From positions 22,680 through 86,679 of the forward strand of contig JAZNAU010000020.1 in assembly GCA_045586685.1 (NCBI GenBank): a DNA stretch of 64,000 bases. Reading direction: 5' to 3'. How positions within the stretch are numbered: position 1 is the first letter of the stretch; the number at the start of each line of letters is the position of its first letter. Source of the DNA: Clostridia bacterium. Lineage in GTDB: Bacteria > Bacillota > Clostridia > HGM11514. The translations under genes and the position numbers were made by a program. The notes beneath the pieces are model-generated. The model had not been told where the DNA came from. It ran no database searches and saw only the letters and a program-made list of their open reading frames with translations. Shown here in pieces: positions 59,553-64,000 of this stretch.

Positions 59553-60326
59553 TTACAACAAGTCAGCCAGTTCCATTTTTGTTCTCTGGAATCGATCCAT
59601 ATTGGTGTCAAACTGCTTCAAATTACCCGATTTCAATTCAACGGGTACCTGGCTGGGAATTTTCAAAGTAAAGGTACTGCCTCTTCCGTGATCACTCTCC
59701 AAAAGAACCTCCCCACCATGTAGTTTTACAATTTCAACAACAACTGAAAGCCCCAGACCTGTTCCCTTATCAAATGTCCCCAGTTGAATCAACGGTTCAA
59801 AAATACGTTTGTGATCCTCTGTTGCGATTCCAATTCCAAAATCTTTTACAGAAAGAAGTAAGGTTCCTTGTTCAAAACTGGCAAAGATTTCAAGCTTACA
59901 AGGTCGTTCTTGGCTTGCTTTTATTCCGTTGGACACCAAATTTAAAAATGCACTTTCGATCATCAATTCATCCAGACAAACCAGTCCATTTCCCTGTATA
60001 TCCGTAATCAATTCCACATCCCCGTTTGAAAAGCTATCGCAAACTGCATTGCAAAAGGACTCTATCATTGTTCTGCCGTCTATCATTTTTGCATTTATCT
60101 TCATTTCCTTTTTGGTCATACGATAAAAGGTCATAAAATGCTCCACCATACGCGTCATTCTGCGAATGTTCCGTTCTGCAGCATCGTAATAAGACTGCCG
60201 TGTTTCATTCTCCGAATCATGCATTTTTAGAATTTGAAATGCACTATAGATGGTATTTAACGGTCCCAAAAAATCATGGGATATTTTCGTAATTCGTTCC
60301 AACTGTTGCTGTAACAACTCATCCAT
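59553..60326 (-). CDS. Soluble (no TM) sensor histidine kinase, HisKA + HATPase_c
   Basis: H-box ISHDFLGPLN, N/G boxes (VSNGIKAS, DFGIGI, GTGLGLS); no adjacent response regulator. Confidence 0.7.
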   Translation of the reverse strand: MDELLQQQLERITKISHDFLGPLNTIYSAFQILKMHDSENETRQSYYDAAERNIRRMTRMVEHFMTFYRMTKKEMKINAKMIDGRTMIESFCNAVCDSFSNGDVELITDIQGNGLVCLDELMIESAFLNLVSNGIKASQERPCKLEIFASFEQGTLLLSVKDFGIGIATEDHKRIFEPLIQLGTFDKGTGLGLSVVVEIVKLHGGEVLLESDHGRGSTFTLKIPSQVPVELKSGNLKQFDTNMDRFQRTKMELADLL

Positions 60327-60340
60327 TTTACTATCTCCTT

Positions 60341-60910
60341 TTAAACAGTAATCAAATCCTTCAAATCCTCAAATTTACCTTTTCCAATTCCTTTTACTTC
60401 CATAATTTCTTCAATGCTGTAAAAAGCACCGTGTACTTTTCTATATTCAATAATTCGTGCCGACAGGGTTTCTCCGATATTCGGAAGAGTTTCCAATTCC
60501 TCTTGTTCGGCAGTGTTTAGATTAACTTTGTTTCTTCCTATTACAATCATTTCACCATCCATTAAAGTTTTGGCAAGATTCACTGTTTCACCATTCTCTT
60601 CAGAAACAAATCCGCCTGCAGCTGTTACGGCATCTTGTACACGGCTTCCGCTAGGCAGTGTATAAACACCGGGATTCATTACGTTCCCTTTAACATCCAC
60701 CACAATATCAGGTGTTGGGGTTGGCATCATGGCAACTAGCTCCGGCTCCAGCACTTCTGTTTTTGTTGAAAACAATCCAGTGCAAAAAACGATTGCGACT
60801 ACCGCCAGCATACCGCCGAATACAAAAAGCAAGCTGTTCCGCTTCTCCTCCAATATCATTCCTATATCGCGAAAGGTCACAGTTTCACCCCTAATTTCGA
60901 CATTTTTCAA
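60341..60910 (-). CDS. comEA: ComEA family DNA-binding protein (SLBB + tandem helix-hairpin-helix)
   Basis: N-terminal TM, SLBB motif VKGNVMNPGVYTLPSGSRVQDAVTAAGG, HhH motif LETLPNIGETLSARIIEYR. Confidence 0.8.
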   Translation of the reverse strand: MKNVEIRGETVTFRDIGMILEEKRNSLLFVFGGMLAVVAIVFCTGLFSTKTEVLEPELVAMMPTPTPDIVVDVKGNVMNPGVYTLPSGSRVQDAVTAAGGFVSEENGETVNLAKTLMDGEMIVIGRNKVNLNTAEQEELETLPNIGETLSARIIEYRKVHGAFYSIEEIMEVKGIGKGKFEDLKDLITV

Positions 60911-60990
60911 TATTGATATCTTACCATATTACGGTTAATCTGTCAAGACGGGAGGGGCTTTTCTCTTGTTTCGTCAGGAAAAGCTTTTGC

Positions 60991-61019
60991 TTGACAAAGT
61001 AAGTCGATTATGGTATAAT
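60991..61019 (+). promoter_or_regulatory. Consensus sigma-A promoter (TTGACA-17-TATAAT) followed by ~130-nt structured leader
   Basis: TTGACA 60991-60996, TATAAT 61014-61019; leader has hairpins gaggttga...tcaacctc and taaaacgc-atcc-gcgtttta + T-run (terminator-like). Confidence 0.5.
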
Positions 61020-61151
61020 ACTTTTTAATTGCGATTTGAGGTTGACCGTAGAACTTCATACGTATTGGAACTCAACCTCATCTGCAAACTGTATAGCTAT
61101 AAAACGCATCCGCGTTTTATAAATAAAATTTCCATAATGGAGGTAAAAAAC

Positions 61152-62261
61152 ATGAAGAAAATTTTAAGTCTTGTGCTGGTACTCTGTATGGCAGTTTCCT
61201 GCTTTGCTGCAGTAGTTACCGCAACCGACGAAGAAGAAACCTATGTTACTGTAATGTTGGATGATGAAGAAGTAGTATGTGATGCAGAACCCTTTATTGC
61301 CAACGACAGAACGATGGTAGGATTGCGCGGCATCTTTGAACAAATGGGTGCACAAGTACTCTGGAACGAAGAAGAACAATCCGTTGTTGTTGCAAGCGAA
61401 ACAAGAGAAGTGAAGCTGTTTATCGGTGACAAAAACGTAACTGTAAAAAACGGCGAAGAAAGCAAAAACTACGAAATGGATGTTGTTCCTGTTGTAGTAA
61501 AGGATCGTACTTATGTTCCCCTGCGTTTTATTGCTGAAACCTTTAACTGTGTTGTTGATTACTACGCAGACGGAGCTGGCACAGAGGTTGCTATCATCTA
61601 TACTCCTGAATACGGCTACACCAATCTGGTTGACTTGTTCGAAGCCACCTATGATGTAACTCCTGTTGTAGATGAAAATCTAGTTGCAGAAGAAAACACC
61701 TATTATTATGAATTAGATGACAAGCTGTTCACTCCCATGGGCAAGGATCATTTGATTAGTTTCCAAAAAGCAGTATTAAAGAATTTCTTCTGCACTTACA
61801 CATACGACGATGTTACCGGTTGGTTTAACGACGGCGGTTGGACAAACAACAAATACACCTTTACCAAATACAACGAAACCTTTGATATCGCTGTTATTAC
61901 AGACCCCAGAGCAAAAGATACCAATGAGGAAGCACATTTTGTTGTTGTTGACAACAAACTGAATATGGTAGGAACTCCTATCGTTAAGGTTGTATATACG
62001 CCCTCTCAAAACACTGTATCTGCTATCGCACCCGAAGAAGAATCTGAAGAAACAGTAACAGAAGAAACAGTAACAGAAGAAACTGTAACCGAAGATACTG
62101 TAACCGAAGATACCGAAACAACAGAAGAGGCTGAAACCGAAACAGATGAATCTTCTGTTGAAGAAGAAGTCGTTGCAGATGAAACTGTTACAGAAGAATC
62201 TGTTGAAGAAAGCGAAACTTCTGAAACGGAAACAACCGAAGAAGAAACTTCCGAACTGTAA
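61152..62261 (+). CDS. Secreted copper-amine-oxidase N-terminal-domain protein with C-terminal acidic ETVTEE tandem-repeat tail
   Basis: Signal peptide MKKILSLVLVLCMAVSCFA; stalk repeats NDRTMVGLRGIF / DRTYVPLRFIAETF; C-terminal 75 aa Glu/Thr-rich encoded by 15-nt tandem repeats (62038-62110); start ATG 61152, RBS GGAGG. Confidence 0.6.
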   Translation: MKKILSLVLVLCMAVSCFAAVVTATDEEETYVTVMLDDEEVVCDAEPFIANDRTMVGLRGIFEQMGAQVLWNEEEQSVVVASETREVKLFIGDKNVTVKNGEESKNYEMDVVPVVVKDRTYVPLRFIAETFNCVVDYYADGAGTEVAIIYTPEYGYTNLVDLFEATYDVTPVVDENLVAEENTYYYELDDKLFTPMGKDHLISFQKAVLKNFFCTYTYDDVTGWFNDGGWTNNKYTFTKYNETFDIAVITDPRAKDTNEEAHFVVVDNKLNMVGTPIVKVVYTPSQNTVSAIAPEEESEETVTEETVTEETVTEDTVTEDTETTEEAETETDESSVEEEVVADETVTEESVEESETSETETTEEETSEL

Positions 62262-62277
62262 TCCACAGAATCACTAA

Positions 62278-62316
62278 AGGGCTGCAGCAAATTTATTTTG
62301 CTGCAACCCTTTTTTA
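62278..62316 (+). terminator. Rho-independent terminator (agggctgcagcaaa...ttgctgcaaccct + T6)
   Basis: 13-bp stem followed by TTTTTT. Confidence 0.65.
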
Positions 62317-62476
62317 TGCTTCATTCATCTTTCATATTTTCTTTTGCATTAGCCAACATAAGACAAAGTCAATTTTCCAAATCATTTTTTCTCAAGAAAA
62401 CAAGCCGTTAAGAATCACCGATTGAATCTTTTATGCATATCATAGTATCGACAACAACTTCATTGGAGTGAATATT

Positions 62477-62695
62477 ATGAAGCTATCAGAACTGCCCATC
62501 GGGGAAACTGCCCGTATCAAAAAAATAAAATTAACCGGAAGCATCCGTCAAAGAATGTTAGATTTCGGGATGGTGGAGCATACTCCTATCACCCATTTAC
62601 AAACCGCACCCGGTGGAGACCCATCAGCATTTTTTGTCCGAGGAACCGTTGTAGCACTTCGCAAAACGGACTCTTGTAACATTGAAACTTATTAG
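62477..62695 (+). CDS. feoA: Ferrous iron transport protein A
   Basis: 72 aa; MKLSELPIGETARIKKI... SH3-like FeoA; RBS GGAG 8 nt upstream. Confidence 0.8.
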   Translation: MKLSELPIGETARIKKIKLTGSIRQRMLDFGMVEHTPITHLQTAPGGDPSAFFVRGTVVALRKTDSCNIETY

Positions 62696-62704
62696 GAGGA
62701 AGTT

Positions 62705-64000
62705 ATGATTCAACGTAGTAATCCACAAGAGATTATTGTTGCATTGGGCGGGAATCCCAATGTAGGAAAATCCACTTTATTCAATCAACTGACAGGAATG
62801 AATCAGCATACCGGAAACTGGTCCGGAAAAACCGTCAGCAATGCTGTCGGCCGCTTTATTTATAATGATGTTTCCTATCTCCTTGTGGACATCCCAGGGA
62901 CTTATTCTCTATCAGCCAATTCCGCTGAAGAAGAAATTGCCAGAGATTTTCTTTGTTTTGGCGGGGCAGACGTTACGGTTTTAGTAGCAGATGCCACCTG
63001 TTTGGAACGAAATCTTCATTTTGTTCTTCAAGTACGTGAGGTGACTCACGGTTTAATTTTATGTGTCAATTTAATGGACGAAGCAAAGAAAAAAGGAATT
63101 ACCGTCCATTTAAAAAAGCTTTCCTCTTTGCTGAATATTCCCGTTGTGGGAATTAGTGCCAGAAAAAAGCAGGGATTAGAAGCACTTTGTCGGGAAATTG
63201 AACACGCAGCACACGCCCCCTCTCTCCCGCAGTCGGTTACATACGATGAAGAAGTATCAAAAATTGCCGGTTCCCTTTCCCTTACACTGCCCCAAAACAT
63301 TCCTCATTCTTGGGCAGCAGTTCACCTATTAAGCGGTGATGAGAATTTCAGAAAAACATTATCCCAACAAACAGGGGAGGATTTTTCTCATATTCCCATA
63401 AAGCGGGAATGGCAAGAACAAATTGTTCAGGCTTCCGTTTTACAGGCAGAAGACATTTACCGTCAATGTGTTACCTTAAAGCAAAAGCATTACCATCAAA
63501 GAGACCGACAGCTTGACCGTCTTTTTACTTCAAAGCTTACAGGCATCCCCGTAATGCTGTTGTTAATGGGATTTATTTTTTGGATTACCATGGAAGGAGC
63601 GAATTATCCTTCCGCTTTATTATCTTCCCTTTTATTCAAATTGGAGCAACCATTAAAAAATATTGTAAGCAGTGCTCCTTCTTGGCTTCAAGGGCTTCTA
63701 ATTGACGGTGTTTTCAGAACTCTTGCCTGGGTCGTTGCGGTAATGCTTCCCCCAATGGCAATCTTTTTTCCTTTGTTTACTTTGTTAGAAGATTTTGGAT
63801 ATCTTCCCAGAATTGCATTTAATATGGATCACTTATTCCAAAAAGCAAAAGCCCACGGTAAGCAAGCACTGACTATGTGTATGGGATTTGGCTGTAATGC
63901 CTGCGGCGTAGTAGGATGCAGAATCATTGATTCTCCCCGTGAGCGAATGATTGCCATTCTCACTAACTGCTTTGTCCCTTGTAACGGCAGACTTCCTACC
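62705..64000 (+). CDS. feoB: Ferrous iron transport protein B (N-terminal G-domain and start of permease; continues beyond window)
   Basis: MIQRSNPQEIIVALGGNPNVGKSTLFNQLTG G1 motif, DIPGTYSL G3-region; open to window end; RBS TAGGAGGAAG. Confidence 0.85.
   Translation, partial: MIQRSNPQEIIVALGGNPNVGKSTLFNQLTGMNQHTGNWSGKTVSNAVGRFIYNDVSYLLVDIPGTYSLSANSAEEEIARDFLCFGGADVTVLVADATCLERNLHFVLQVREVTHGLILCVNLMDEAKKKGITVHLKKLSSLLNIPVVGISARKKQGLEALCREIEHAAHAPSLPQSVTYDEEVSKIAGSLSLTLPQNIPHSWAAVHLLSGDENFRKTLSQQTGEDFSHIPIKREWQEQIVQASVLQAEDIYRQCVTLKQKHYHQRDRQLDRLFTSKLTGIPVMLLLMGFIFWITMEGANYPSALLSSLLFKLEQPLKNIVSSAPSWLQGLLIDGVFRTLAWVVAVMLPPMAIFFPLFTLLEDFGYLPRIAFNMDHLFQKAKAHGKQALTMCMGFGCNACGVVGCRIIDSPRERMIAILTNCFVPCNGRLPT

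Noticed and set aside
62320-62476. Fur box upstream of feoAB
   Set aside because: I looked for a 7-1-7 GATAATGATAATCATTATC-like site and found only weak partial palindromes (gattgaatc, atatcatagtat), so I am not claiming one.

Overview
Chromosomal core region of a spore-forming, anaerobic Firmicutes (Clostridia-like). No rRNA genes, CRISPR arrays or mobile elements were found.

Gene content, in order:
- 3' end of the S10 ribosomal operon (rplB partial, rplW, rplD, rplC, rpsJ).
- Housekeeping genes: pdxK, topB, ABC-F ATPase, radC, clpE-like, carAB, rdgB, the rnfCDGEAB electron-transport operon, yebC, addAB, mtnN, icd, acn, and feoAB at the right edge.
- A five-tRNA operon (Gly-Arg-His-Gln-Lys) and a lone tRNA-Glu.
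- A sporulation-flavoured neighbourhood: spoVAC-spoVAD, three tandem YjcZ-like Cys-rich micropeptides, a Cys-rich protein with a sigma-K-like promoter, and tspO.
- larE-larB-larC nickel-pincer cofactor genes.
- A MacAB-type tripartite ABC efflux system translationally coupled to a large SLH-domain surface protein.

Most unusual item: an 846-aa ORF that fuses a TetM/EF-G-like translational GTPase to a C-terminal YacP/Rae1-like NYN endoribonuclease domain.

Other unannotated candidates from manual reading:
- A 44-aa Asn/Gln-rich microprotein.
- An in-frame RnfD-RnfG fusion.
- Tandem ARG boxes upstream of carA.
- A spoVA operon lacking a recognisable spoVAE.

All calls rest on reading the six-frame translations, motif recognition and manual promoter/terminator inspection. 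No database searches were run.
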